Positions 41,730 to 50,710 of a stretch of 64,000 bases of DNA are shown piece after piece. The stretch is from contig JADLHG010000020.1 of assembly GCA_020848905.1 (NCBI GenBank), positions 8,230 through 72,229 on the forward strand, given 5' to 3'. The notes under the pieces are model-generated. The model did not search any database and was not told the DNA's origin. It worked only from the letters and a program-made list of their open reading frames with translations. Origin of the DNA: Deltaproteobacteria bacterium (GTDB taxonomy: Bacteria > Myxococcota_A > Polyangia > GCA-2747355 > JADLHG01). Made by a program: the position numbers and the translations under genes. Each line of letters starts with the position of its first letter. Positions within the stretch are counted from its first letter, which is position 1.

Positions 41730-42221
41730 ATGCGACGACCGTTGTCGGCGTTGGTGCTGGGCTTGAGCTTGTTCTCCGTGGCGACCGCTTACGCGAAGAC
41801 CCCCGCGCAGCAGGCGCCAGGAGGCCGGGGGGCGTGGCTCGTCCGGCCCGTCACCGCCGTGAAGCGCTTCGTCTCCAACCACGAGAGGCCGTTGCGCCGC
41901 ACGGTCGCCCTCGGTGGATTGGTGCTCACGGCGCTCGGGATCGGCGCCGCGGCGCACGAGCTGAACCCGCTCATCAGCGCGCCGATGGCCGTAGGGGGCG
42001 CTAACCTCGCCCTTCTCGCTACGAACAGCGACCTCGGGACCAAGGCGGGACGCACGGCCATCGGGCTCGGTGTGGCCTCCACGCTGCTCGCGACGGCCAC
42101 GGCGGGCCTCGTTCAGCTCCACCAGTGGTATACCGACGGTCTTGCTCTTCTCACGGGCATCTTCTCCTTCGGCACCTTCATGGGTAACTTCCACGCTCCC
42201 GGCACGATGATGCGGCTCTAG
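41730..42221 (+). CDS. hypothetical secreted/membrane protein
   Basis: ORF 41730..42221. Signal MRRPLSALVLGLSLFSVATAYA|KT. Several Gly/Ala/Leu-rich hydrophobic segments. Same position and orientation as 39899..40450 relative to the duplicated module. Confidence 0.5.
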   Translation: MRRPLSALVLGLSLFSVATAYAKTPAQQAPGGRGAWLVRPVTAVKRFVSNHERPLRRTVALGGLVLTALGIGAAAHELNPLISAPMAVGGANLALLATNSDLGTKAGRTAIGLGVASTLLATATAGLVQLHQWYTDGLALLTGIFSFGTFMGNFHAPGTMMRL

Positions 42222-42278
42222 AGCGCCGGCCCGCTCCTACCTCTTGTGAGCGTCGCTCGCTCGGGCGAGACTGCCGGC

Positions 42279-42584
42279 ATGCGGACGCTCCTCCTGGTGC
42301 TTGCTCTCTGCGGCACGCTTGCGGCGTGCGGTAGCTCGAACCCGACCGATGGGGGCAGTACGAGCGGGGATGGGCACGCGCAGCGCGACGGCCTCCTCGT
42401 GCCCGATGGGACCGGTGGCGCCGACACCGGCGGCTCGGGCTCGTGCGGTCCGGGGTCCTGCGCCGGCTGCTGTCAGGACGGGATCTGTGTCGACGGCACC
42501 CGCCTCTCGTCCTGCGGGAGCGGCGGCGTGAAGTGCTCGCTCTGCGCGCCGCCGAAGAAGTGCGGCACCGGCACCTGCCGCTAA
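42279..42584 (+). CDS. small Cys-rich lipoprotein
   Basis: ATG at 42279 in ORF 42246..42584. Lipobox in MRTLLLVLALCGTLAAC|G. C-terminal module GSCGPGSCAGCCQDGICVDGTRLSSCGSGGVKCSLCAPPKKCGTGTC, a pattern common in myxobacterial Cys-rich proteins. Confidence 0.55.
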   Translation: MRTLLLVLALCGTLAACGSSNPTDGGSTSGDGHAQRDGLLVPDGTGGADTGGSGSCGPGSCAGCCQDGICVDGTRLSSCGSGGVKCSLCAPPKKCGTGTCR

Positions 42585-43996
42585 GCGTCGTCACCTCGGC
42601 TGCGATGCAGCTCGTCCGAAGGGATCGCCCGTGCGCGTCGCTGCCCCGAGCGGCGCATCGCGGCGATGAGCAGAGCTCCCCAGAGGAGCAGGAGGGCCTG
42701 CGAGGTCGGCGGCGCTGACGGGGTCACCGCGCAGCCGCCCACCTCTTCCTCTGGGTCCCCGCCCACTACGCGCAGGGTGAAGGACACCTCGCGTGCCCGG
42801 CCGAGGTCGTCCGCTGCGCGGATCTTCAGGGTGTGCGGCCCAGGGGTGAGGTTCCACAGCTCGACCCCCCAGGCGCCGGGAAGCTCCTCGGGCCCCGTCT
42901 GCCAGACGAGCCGCCCGTCGCGGAGCACCTGCAGGCTGCGGAGGTGGGCGCTGCCGCGAATGCGGAACCGCACCGTGTACGCGGGGTCGAGCGAGAGGTC
43001 GGTCGAGGTGACGGAGATCTCCGGTCCCTCCGAGGCCGCGGCGCCGGGCTGGCCCTGCGGTGGCGCCGGTGTCGTGGGCGGCTCGGGTGCGACGGGAGGG
43101 ACCCGCGTCAGCTGGTCGCCGATCCAGCCCCGGGCCACGTCGATTCGCGCGTCGAAGCCGGTGCTGAGGTCCGTCTGCCCGAGAGGCAGAATCCAGAGCT
43201 TCTTCTCCTGCAGCAGGGTGCAGGTGCCAAGGGAGTGCACCCCCACCAGGCGGTCCTTCCCGTCCACGGTGGAGAGCGTCGGTCCCCCCGAGTCGCCGTC
43301 GCAGGTCGTGCCGTCCTTCTGCGTCGCCCCGACGAAGTGGAAGGTGTTCGTCCCCACGCCCTCGATCGTGTTCCGAGCCGCGCGCAGCGTGTCGCCGTCG
43401 CGGCGCTCCTTCTCCGTCACCCCCGTGCCGTAGATCGTCACCGGCTGGCCGGCCAGCGGCGCGACGGGCGAGAGAGGGACGGGCTCGGCACCGCCCTCCT
43501 CGGCCCGCGCCAGATGCGCCACCGCGAGGTCGAAGGCGCTCACGCGAAAGGGAAACGTCTGGCCGTCGATGGTCACGTTCTCGAGGAGCGCACCGGCTTC
43601 GTCCCGAGCGCGGAACTGCGGGTGCACCGCCATCGCCACCACGGGGTTCAGCTCCGCCGGCGAGCCGGCCACGCCGTCGCGGTTCCAGAAGAAGGCCTGC
43701 ACCCCGTCGAGGGGGTCCTTGCTGCTCCGCGCCAGGCAGTGCGCGGCGGTCAGGAGCGTGCGGGGACCGAGCAGGCTCGCCGTGCAAGTGGTGACGACGC
43801 CCAGCCGCTTCACCACGAGAGTCCCGACGGCGGGGTGCTGGACGGCGCTGCCTCCGGTGATGGCCTGCTCCGCCGAGCCGAGGCCGTCGGAGGCGGTGCA
43901 ACCTCCCGTTCCCACCGTTGCGACCGCCAGTCCGAGCAGGACCAGACGCCGCGGCCTCTGCCGCCCTGCCGTGGTCGTCGAGGAATCGTTCCGCAT
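42581..43996 (-). CDS. trypsin-like (S1) serine protease lipoprotein with MYXO-CTERM-like tail
   Basis: ATG at 43996 in ORF 42581..44194. Lipobox ATVGTGGC|T. LLTAAHC and CDGDSGGPTL motifs. C-terminal beta-rich domain, then VGGCAVTPSAPPTSQALLLLWGALLIAAMRRSGQRR. Confidence 0.8.
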   Translation of the reverse strand: MRNDSSTTTAGRQRPRRLVLLGLAVATVGTGGCTASDGLGSAEQAITGGSAVQHPAVGTLVVKRLGVVTTCTASLLGPRTLLTAAHCLARSSKDPLDGVQAFFWNRDGVAGSPAELNPVVAMAVHPQFRARDEAGALLENVTIDGQTFPFRVSAFDLAVAHLARAEEGGAEPVPLSPVAPLAGQPVTIYGTGVTEKERRDGDTLRAARNTIEGVGTNTFHFVGATQKDGTTCDGDSGGPTLSTVDGKDRLVGVHSLGTCTLLQEKKLWILPLGQTDLSTGFDARIDVARGWIGDQLTRVPPVAPEPPTTPAPPQGQPGAAASEGPEISVTSTDLSLDPAYTVRFRIRGSAHLRSLQVLRDGRLVWQTGPEELPGAWGVELWNLTPGPHTLKIRAADDLGRAREVSFTLRVVGGDPEEEVGGCAVTPSAPPTSQALLLLWGALLIAAMRRSGQRRARAIPSDELHRSRGDDA

Positions 43997-44211
43997 TCCG
44001 GGCCCTCCGCTGCGAGCTGCGACCTGGCGCGGGCACGGCCCAGGTCTCGCCGCGAGACGCAGTGCAAGGGGCGCACCCTCCCTCGGCCCCGCTTCCACGA
44101 TTGGCGTTGCTGCGCCGCGCCGGCGATGGCAGATTCGGCGCCGGCTCCGCGCCCGCAGGCCATGGTTCGCGGCGCATAGCCGGCACGCATCCAACCTCCG
44201 GAGAGGCGCTC

Positions 44212-45102
44212 ATGGGCTTTGATTCCCTCGTGCTCGTCAAGCAGGTGCCGGACACGGCCGAGATCACCGGGCAGGTGATGCGCGCCGACGGCACGGTGAA
44301 CCGCGCCAAGCTCCCGGCGATCTTCAATCCGGAGGACCGCGTGGCGCTCGAGCTGGCGCTACGGGTGCGCGACCAGCACGGCGGGAAGGTCACGGCCCTG
44401 ACCATGGGCCCGAGCAAGGCCTCGGACCTGCTGCGCGAGTGCCTCTTCATGGGGGCCGACGAGGTGTTTCTGGTGACGGACCGCAAGTTCGCGGGCGCCG
44501 ACACCCTCGCCACCTCGTACGTGCTCTCGAAGGCGGTGGAGAAGCTCGGGGCCTTCGACCTGATCTTCGCCGGCCGCCAGGCCATCGACGGGGACACGGC
44601 GCAGGTCGGCCCCCAGACGGCGGAGAAGCTCGGACTGCCCCAGATCACCTGCGTCGAGGAGCTCCTGGCCCTGCCGCCGGGCGAGGTGATCGCGAAGCGG
44701 CGCATCGACGGCGGACACGAGGTCCTGCGGGCGCGCCTCCCCGTGCTGCTCACGGTGATCAAGGAGGCCGCCGTGCCGCGCCCCTTCAAGGCCACGCGCG
44801 TGATGGCCTACAAGAACGCACGTTCGCTTTCGGAGCTGGAGAAGCTGGCGGAGGCCAACCCGCTGCTCTACGTGGACGCGCTGACCCAGGAGTATATGGA
44901 ACGAAAGCTCTATATCCCCACGCTGAGCGCCGATGACCTGGGGGTGGAGCTCGACCGCTGCGGCCTGATGGGCTCGCCCACCAAGGTCAAGAGCGTGGAC
45001 TCGGTAGTCCTGACCGGGGGCGAGCACGAACACTTTCCGCCGACGAAGGATGGTCTGGGTCGGCTGATCGACCGCTTGATGCACGACCACCTCTTCGGGT
45101 AG
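44212..45102 (+). CDS. etfB: electron transfer flavoprotein beta subunit
   Basis: ATG at 44212 in ORF 43918..45102. MGFDSLVLVKQVPDTAE..., TALTMGP, ADTLATSYVLSKA and DLIFAGRQAIDGDTAQVGP are EtfB hallmarks. Confidence 0.85.
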   Translation: MGFDSLVLVKQVPDTAEITGQVMRADGTVNRAKLPAIFNPEDRVALELALRVRDQHGGKVTALTMGPSKASDLLRECLFMGADEVFLVTDRKFAGADTLATSYVLSKAVEKLGAFDLIFAGRQAIDGDTAQVGPQTAEKLGLPQITCVEELLALPPGEVIAKRRIDGGHEVLRARLPVLLTVIKEAAVPRPFKATRVMAYKNARSLSELEKLAEANPLLYVDALTQEYMERKLYIPTLSADDLGVELDRCGLMGSPTKVKSVDSVVLTGGEHEHFPPTKDGLGRLIDRLMHDHLFG

Positions 45103-45108
45103 GGGCCT

Positions 45109-46131
45109 GTGATGGACGCGCCAGCCAACGACGTTTGGGTCTTTGTCGAGCAACGGGGCGGTAGGCCCCACGCCGTGAGCTTCGAGCTCCTCTCCAAGGG
45201 GCGCAAGCTCGCCGAGCAGCTCGGGGGCACGCTCAAGGCCGTGCTCCTCGGACACGGGGTGCGCGAGGCCGCGCGCGAGCTCTTTCGCTTTGGCGCGCGC
45301 GAGGTGCTGCTGGTGGATCACGCGGCCCTCGCGGACTACCGCACGATGCCCTACGCGCGCATCGTGGGGGAGCTGGTCGGCGCTCGTCAGCCGCGGATTG
45401 TGCTCTTCGGCGCGACGGTGGTGGGTCGGGACCTGGCGCCGCGGGTGGCTTCGCAGACCCGCAGCGGGCTCACGGCGGACTGCACGGACCTGCAGATCGG
45501 CGACGTGAGCTATCTGCGCAAGGAGTACAAGAACCTGCTCCTGCAGATCCGGCCGGCCCTCGGCGGGAACATCATCGCCACGATCATCACGCCTGACGTG
45601 CCGGTGCAGATGGCCACCGTGCGCGAGGGGGTGATGGAGGCCTCGGCGGCCGAGGGCGCGGTCGAGGGGCGCGTGGTGGAGCTCCCCTACGTGGCCGCTC
45701 CCGCCGACGAGCTGGTGCAGGTCGTGGAGCGGCACCAGGAGGAGAGCCCGTCGAACCTGAAGCACGCGCCGATCGTGGTGGCCGGCGGCTACGGCATGGG
45801 CACGCGCGAGAACTTCGGCCTGCTGCACAAGCTGGCCGAGCTCCTCGGCGGGGACGTGGCCGCCACGCGCGCGGCGGTGGACGCGGGGTTCGCCACCTCG
45901 GACCGTCAGGTGGGGCAGACGGGGCTGACCGTGCGGCCGAAGCTCTACATCGCGTGCGGCATCTCGGGGGCGATCCAGCACCGAGCCGGGATGGAGAAGT
46001 CGGGGCGCATCGTGGCCATCAACACCGACCCTGCGGCGCCGATCTTCGACATCTGCCACCACGCCATCGTGGGCGACGTGGCGACGGTCATCCACACCTT
46101 CATCGAGGCCTATCGCGAGCGCCTCCGCTAG
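45109..46131 (+). CDS. etfA: electron transfer flavoprotein alpha subunit
   Basis: ORF 45109..46131. [25 protein letters not shown] and [19 protein letters not shown] are EtfA FAD-domain motifs. Confidence 0.85.
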   Translation: MMDAPANDVWVFVEQRGGRPHAVSFELLSKGRKLAEQLGGTLKAVLLGHGVREAARELFRFGAREVLLVDHAALADYRTMPYARIVGELVGARQPRIVLFGATVVGRDLAPRVASQTRSGLTADCTDLQIGDVSYLRKEYKNLLLQIRPALGGNIIATIITPDVPVQMATVREGVMEASAAEGAVEGRVVELPYVAAPADELVQVVERHQEESPSNLKHAPIVVAGGYGMGTRENFGLLHKLAELLGGDVAATRAAVDAGFATSDRQVGQTGLTVRPKLYIACGISGAIQHRAGMEKSGRIVAINTDPAAPIFDICHHAIVGDVATVIHTFIEAYRERLR

Positions 46132-46139
46132 GAAGACCC

Positions 46140-47861
46140 ATGTCGAACTTCTTCACCGACAACAGCGACCTGCAGTTCCAGTTCAACCAGCTCGGTCTCG
46201 AGGACGTGATCGCGATCCGCGAGGAGGAGTACCGCGAGGCGGCCCGCTATCCGTGGGCTCCGACGGACTACGCCGACGCGCTCGACAACTACCGGCGCGT
46301 GCTGGAGATCGTGGGCGACCTGACGGCGAACTTCGTTGCGCCGCGCGCGGCCGAGGTGGACGTGGAGGGCAATACCCTCGAGGACGGCAAGGTACGCTAC
46401 GCGAGGGGGACCCGCGAGGCGCTCGACCGGCTGGCCCAGGCGGAGCTGATGGGGGTCACGCTGCCGCGGCAGTACGGCGGCCTGAACTTTCCCATCACCG
46501 TCTACATCATGGCCATCGAGATGATCTCGCGGGGGGACGCCTCGCTGATGAACATCTACGGGCTGCAGGACGTGGCCGAGACGATCCACCGCTTCGGCGA
46601 CGAGGCCCAGCGGGAGGAGTTCCTGCCCCGCTTTGCGAACGGCGACGTCACCGGCGCGATGGTGCTCACCGAGCCCGACGCCGGCTCGGACCTGCAAGCG
46701 GTCAAGCTCCAGGCCTACCAGGACGCAGAGGGGCGCTGGCGCCTGCGAGGGGTGAAGCGCTTCATCACCAACGGCTGCGGCGAGGTCCTGCTCGTCCTCG
46801 CCCGCTCGGAGCCGGGGACCAAGGACGGCCGCGGACTCTCGCTCTTCGTCTGCTACGGCGACGAGACGGTGAAGGTGCGACGCATCGAGCACAAGCTCGG
46901 CATCCACGGCTCGCCCACCTGCGAGCTCCAGTTCAACGACACGCCGGCGCAGCTGGTGGGCAAGCGAAAGCTCGGGCTCATCCGCTACGTGATGGACCTG
47001 ATGAACGCCGCGCGGCTCGGCGTCTCGGCGCAGGCTCTCGGCATCGCGCAGGCGGCCTACGAGGAGGCGCTCTCCTACGCGCGAGCCCGGCAGCAGTTCG
47101 GTCAGGCGATCGTGCACCTGCCGCCGGTCACGAACATGCTCATCGACATGCGCGTCGCGCTCGAGGCCAACCGCTCGCTCCTCTACGCCACGGCCAAATG
47201 GGTCGACCGGCGCGAGGCCCTGACCACGCGGGCCGAGGCGCTGAAGGCGCGCGGCGAGTCCTCCGGCGAGGCGGGTGAGAAGTCGAAGGAGGCGAGCCAG
47301 ATCTCGGGCCTGCTCACGCCGCTGACCAAATACGTCCTCTCCGAGTCGGCCAACCAGATCGCCTACGACGCGCTGCAGATCCACGGCGGCGCGGGCTACA
47401 TGAAGGAATTTCCGGTCGAGCGGCTGGCGCGGGACGCGCGCATCACCAACATCTACGAGGGGACCTCGCAGATGCAGGTGGTCGCGGCCAGCGGCGGCGT
47501 GATGAAGGACCTCCTCGGGGCGCACTTCGCGGCCGAAGAGGAGCGCCCGCGCAAGGGGACGCTCGTCCGGCTCTGCGACGCGCTGAAGGAGATGCGGCGC
47601 CTCTTCCTCGAAGGCCTGAAGACCGTCACCGAGCGAGGCGACAAGGCCTTCGCCGACGTGGCGGCCAAGGAACTGGTGGACATCTACGGGCACCTTTACG
47701 TGGGCTACCTCTTGCTCGACGAGGCCGAGCGCGACGAGCACAAGGTCTTCATCGCGCAGCGCTACATCGTGAGCGCGCTCTCCAAGTGCCGCCGCGCCGC
47801 CGGCTCGATCCTGCACGAGCAGTTCGCCGACCTCATCCACGTGGACAAGATCCTGGTCTGA
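46140..47861 (+). CDS. acyl-CoA dehydrogenase (long, ~573 aa form)
   Basis: ATG at 46140 in ORF 45954..47861. GAMVLTEPDAGSDL, FITNG, IHGSPTCEL and ITNIYEGTSQMQ are ACAD motifs. Extended C-terminal domain. Confidence 0.85.
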   Translation: MSNFFTDNSDLQFQFNQLGLEDVIAIREEEYREAARYPWAPTDYADALDNYRRVLEIVGDLTANFVAPRAAEVDVEGNTLEDGKVRYARGTREALDRLAQAELMGVTLPRQYGGLNFPITVYIMAIEMISRGDASLMNIYGLQDVAETIHRFGDEAQREEFLPRFANGDVTGAMVLTEPDAGSDLQAVKLQAYQDAEGRWRLRGVKRFITNGCGEVLLVLARSEPGTKDGRGLSLFVCYGDETVKVRRIEHKLGIHGSPTCELQFNDTPAQLVGKRKLGLIRYVMDLMNAARLGVSAQALGIAQAAYEEALSYARARQQFGQAIVHLPPVTNMLIDMRVALEANRSLLYATAKWVDRREALTTRAEALKARGESSGEAGEKSKEASQISGLLTPLTKYVLSESANQIAYDALQIHGGAGYMKEFPVERLARDARITNIYEGTSQMQVVAASGGVMKDLLGAHFAAEEERPRKGTLVRLCDALKEMRRLFLEGLKTVTERGDKAFADVAAKELVDIYGHLYVGYLLLDEAERDEHKVFIAQRYIVSALSKCRRAAGSILHEQFADLIHVDKILV

Positions 47862-47875
47862 GGGCTCGGTGCGGA

Positions 47876-48688
47876 ATGACCCCCGTCCAGCAGACGGTCG
47901 TACTCGGAACGAAGCTCCGCCTCTCGTACGTCGACCTCGGAGACTCGCGGTCGAAGGAGGTCCTCGTTCTCCTCCCCGGCCTGTCGGATTCGTGGCGGAG
48001 CTGGGAGCTGGTGCTCCGCCATCTCCCCACGTCGCTTCGCGTGATCGCTGTCTCGCAGCGCGGTCACGGTGAGTCGGACAAGCCCGACGCGGGATATTCG
48101 GTACGTGACTACGCGCGAGACCTCGAGGCATTGCTCGAGGCGCTCGGTCTCGCGAGAGTCGTGGTCGCGGGTCACTCCTCGGCGTCCCTCGTGGCACGGC
48201 GCTTCGCGATGGAGCATCGCGAGCGCGTCGCCGGCGTCGTCCTCGAGGGCTCGTTCGTCCGGCTGGCGGGTCCAGCGGTAGAGGCTGCAGGACGACGTAT
48301 CAGGGACCTCACCGACCCCATCGATCCTGCCTTCGTGCGAGACTTCGCCGCGGGGACGTTCGCGCGCCCCGTCGACCAGACGTTCGTGGAGGCGATGATT
48401 GCCGAGAGCCTGAAGGTCCCGGCGCGCGTCTGGAGCCAGACCTTCAGGTCGCTCCTCGACGACGATGATTTGGCCGAGCTCGCAACCCTCGAAGCCCCGA
48501 CACTGATCGTCTGGGGCGACCAGGATGCGATCGTCGACCGGGCGGCGACCGATGCCCTGGTGCGCGCGGTGCGCTCGTCGAGGCTGGTTCAGTACCACGG
48601 CGTTGGGCATACCGCGCACTGGGAGGTGCCGGAGCAGTTTGCGCGCGACGTGGCCGCGTTCGTCGTGGAGTGCGGGCGACCCCGCTGA
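47876..48688 (+). CDS. alpha/beta hydrolase
   Basis: ATG at 47876 in ORF 47786..48688. VLLPGLSDSWRSW, nucleophile elbow VVAGHSSASLVA, and C-terminal YHGVGHTAHWE (catalytic His). Confidence 0.8.
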   Translation: MTPVQQTVVLGTKLRLSYVDLGDSRSKEVLVLLPGLSDSWRSWELVLRHLPTSLRVIAVSQRGHGESDKPDAGYSVRDYARDLEALLEALGLARVVVAGHSSASLVARRFAMEHRERVAGVVLEGSFVRLAGPAVEAAGRRIRDLTDPIDPAFVRDFAAGTFARPVDQTFVEAMIAESLKVPARVWSQTFRSLLDDDDLAELATLEAPTLIVWGDQDAIVDRAATDALVRAVRSSRLVQYHGVGHTAHWEVPEQFARDVAAFVVECGRPR

Positions 48689-48874
48689 GCGTCGTCGCGC
48701 TCGCCAGCAGGCGAAGGAGACGACCGGATCTCGTCGCCGGCCTCGTCGCTACGGCGTGCCGCCGGTGGAAACGCGAACCGATCTCAGTTGCAACAGCCGT
48801 CGAGGAGCATCTGGGCGCGCCGTGAGGCGAGGTGCCGTCAAATGCGACACGTCCGTCGGTGAGCGCGCTTCGGC

Positions 48875-49357
48875 TCAGCGGCTCCAGCCGTGGCGCTCAG
48901 CGAGCTGTTCGATGACCTCGGCCTGGTGACGCGCCTCGGGGTGCTCGTTGTGCATCATCGGGTCGGCGCGGCGGCCGAGAAACTGCATGATCAGGCCCGC
49001 GGCCCAGCGGCCGATCCCCGGCGCGTGGTCTCGACGCCCGTACCCCTCGACGAGCAGCCCTTCCTCGTCTTGCGAGACCTGCACCTCCTCGTTGCCGCGC
49101 CGCCAGCGCACGTTGAAGCCGCTGGTGGAGAGGGTCGCCATCACGAGGGCGGCCCCAGTCAGGGTCAGGATGCGCGGGGCCCACCGCCTGAAGGCGCCCG
49201 AGCTCTCGCCACCTGGGGCGCGTCGGGTGGTCGTGTCGCGACCCGGCCAGCCGCCGGAGCGCGCGTGCGCTGAGCTCGCCAGCGCGAGCCCGAGCAGGAG
49301 GGCGAGGGCCGCGTGGCGTGGACGAGCGAACGAGAGAGCGCGACGGCGATGGGACAT
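48875..49357 (-). CDS. hypothetical secreted/membrane protein
   Basis: ATG at 49357 in ORF 48875..49489. Signal-like MSHRRRALSFARPRHAALALLLGLALASSAHA|R, then a second hydrophobic segment. No family recognised. Tentative. Confidence 0.4.
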   Translation of the reverse strand: MSHRRRALSFARPRHAALALLLGLALASSAHARSGGWPGRDTTTRRAPGGESSGAFRRWAPRILTLTGAALVMATLSTSGFNVRWRRGNEEVQVSQDEEGLLVEGYGRRDHAPGIGRWAAGLIMQFLGRRADPMMHNEHPEARHQAEVIEQLAERHGWSR

Positions 49358-49651
49358 CCATTCCTCCCTGGGTGACTCCAGGCAGGAACTACGCAAGGTC
49401 CGCGCCACGCACCGATTGCGGCCGGTCGTGGGCAGGTCGGAGTCCTCGGAGGACGAACGGCGTGGTGGCCGCGGGAGGTCGAGCGGCACGAGCGCGGCTA
49501 GTTGCGTGAAAGGCTTCGACCGGTGGTGCAGCGGTGGGCGTGCTTCGTCGGGGACGGCGGCTCGGCCGCGTGCCCCTGCGGCAGCGGCGGTTTCAGCCAG
49601 GCTAGGAGGGGAGAAGAAGGGGCCGGGTCGCCTGTCGGGTGGAGCCCCGGG

Positions 49652-50710
49652 CTACTCGCCCGCCATGAGCAGGTCCCAGAACTTCTCCACCGAGCGGAAG
49701 ATCTTGCCGTGGACCGCGACGCGCGCGGGGAGGGCGTGCCGGACCGGCGTCTCGGGGACGATCACGCTGCGCGCGGCGGGCTTGGGCACGACCTTGCCGT
49801 CCAGCACCACGCGGTCCCGGGCCGCCAGGTCCTCGAGCGACCGGTCGCCGAGGTTGGAGACGACGCCGTTCACGATCGTCTCGCCGAAGCGCGTCTTGCC
49901 GCTGCGCTGCGAGGGGAAGCCGGCCCGGCCGAGGATCTTGCGCAGCGCCTGGGCCACGGGGTCCTTGGCGCCCGTCGCGGTCTGCGAGTAGACGTACGAG
50001 TAGGTCCCCTTGTTGCGTTCGTCCTCGTGGGAGTCGAGCCAAAGCACCGGCTGGTACGCCGTGGACATCTTCGCGATCCAGGTGGTCACGTCGCGCGAGA
50101 GCGGGCTGATGGCCTTCGCGCGGATGGTCTTCGTCGGGTCCTGTCCCGCCTCCGCCAGGCCGAGGACCAGGTGGTCCACGTCCGAGACGCTCTTGCCCTT
50201 GCGCCAGTTGCGCCGGATGTTCTGGTAGCGCCAGTTCTTGCGGTAGCCGGCGGGGTTCAGAAGAGGCATGACCACCATCGGGATGCCGCGCTCCTTGGCG
50301 ATCTTCGCCAGCCGGTCCACGTTCTTCTTCTGCGCCAGCGCGTTCGGCCCGGCGGGCTCCTCGCCGTGGACGCCGGACACGATCCAGATCGCCTTGCCCT
50401 GCTGGGGCGTGCGGTAGGCCACCACGGGCAGGCGCACGCGCTTGCCGTCGACGGTGGTACGCGCCACGTAGACCACCTCACGAATCCAGCCGTGCTCCTG
50501 GGCCAGGCGATCGTAGGCGGCGTAGAGGTCGTTGAGCGAGGCGCGGCCGTCGCGCGAGTAGGTCTTCACCGGCGTGCGGGGGCCGATCTTGCCGACCGCG
50601 CGCGACCCCTCGAGGGCCGAAGCCGAGGAGGCGCCGCAGAGCACGCACGTGGCGACGAGAGCGGCGAGGGCCTGGAGACGTCCCGTGGCGTGGGTCGTCG
50701 AGGAGTTCAT
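49652..50710 (-). CDS. secreted M14 / AstE-AspA-type zinc carboxypeptidase-like protein, tandem paralogue A
   Basis: ATG at 50710 in the frame of ORF 49652..51883. Signal LQALAALVATCVLCGASSASA. IWIVSGVHGEEPAG (H-x-x-E zinc motif) and WLDSHEDE (third His). The start overlaps the stop of paralogue B (ATGA). Confidence 0.65.
   Translation of the reverse strand: MNSSTTHATGRLQALAALVATCVLCGASSASALEGSRAVGKIGPRTPVKTYSRDGRASLNDLYAAYDRLAQEHGWIREVVYVARTTVDGKRVRLPVVAYRTPQQGKAIWIVSGVHGEEPAGPNALAQKKNVDRLAKIAKERGIPMVVMPLLNPAGYRKNWRYQNIRRNWRKGKSVSDVDHLVLGLAEAGQDPTKTIRAKAISPLSRDVTTWIAKMSTAYQPVLWLDSHEDERNKGTYSYVYSQTATGAKDPVAQALRKILGRAGFPSQRSGKTRFGETIVNGVVSNLGDRSLEDLAARDRVVLDGKVVPKPAARSVIVPETPVRHALPARVAVHGKIFRSVEKFWDLLMAGE

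Noticed and set aside
39148-42221. The duplicated module considered as an insertion sequence or other mobile element
   Set aside because: No transposase, integrase or recombinase ORF was found, and I could find no terminal inverted repeats or target-site duplications. The copies are diverged paralogues (~65-70% by eye), not recent transposition products.
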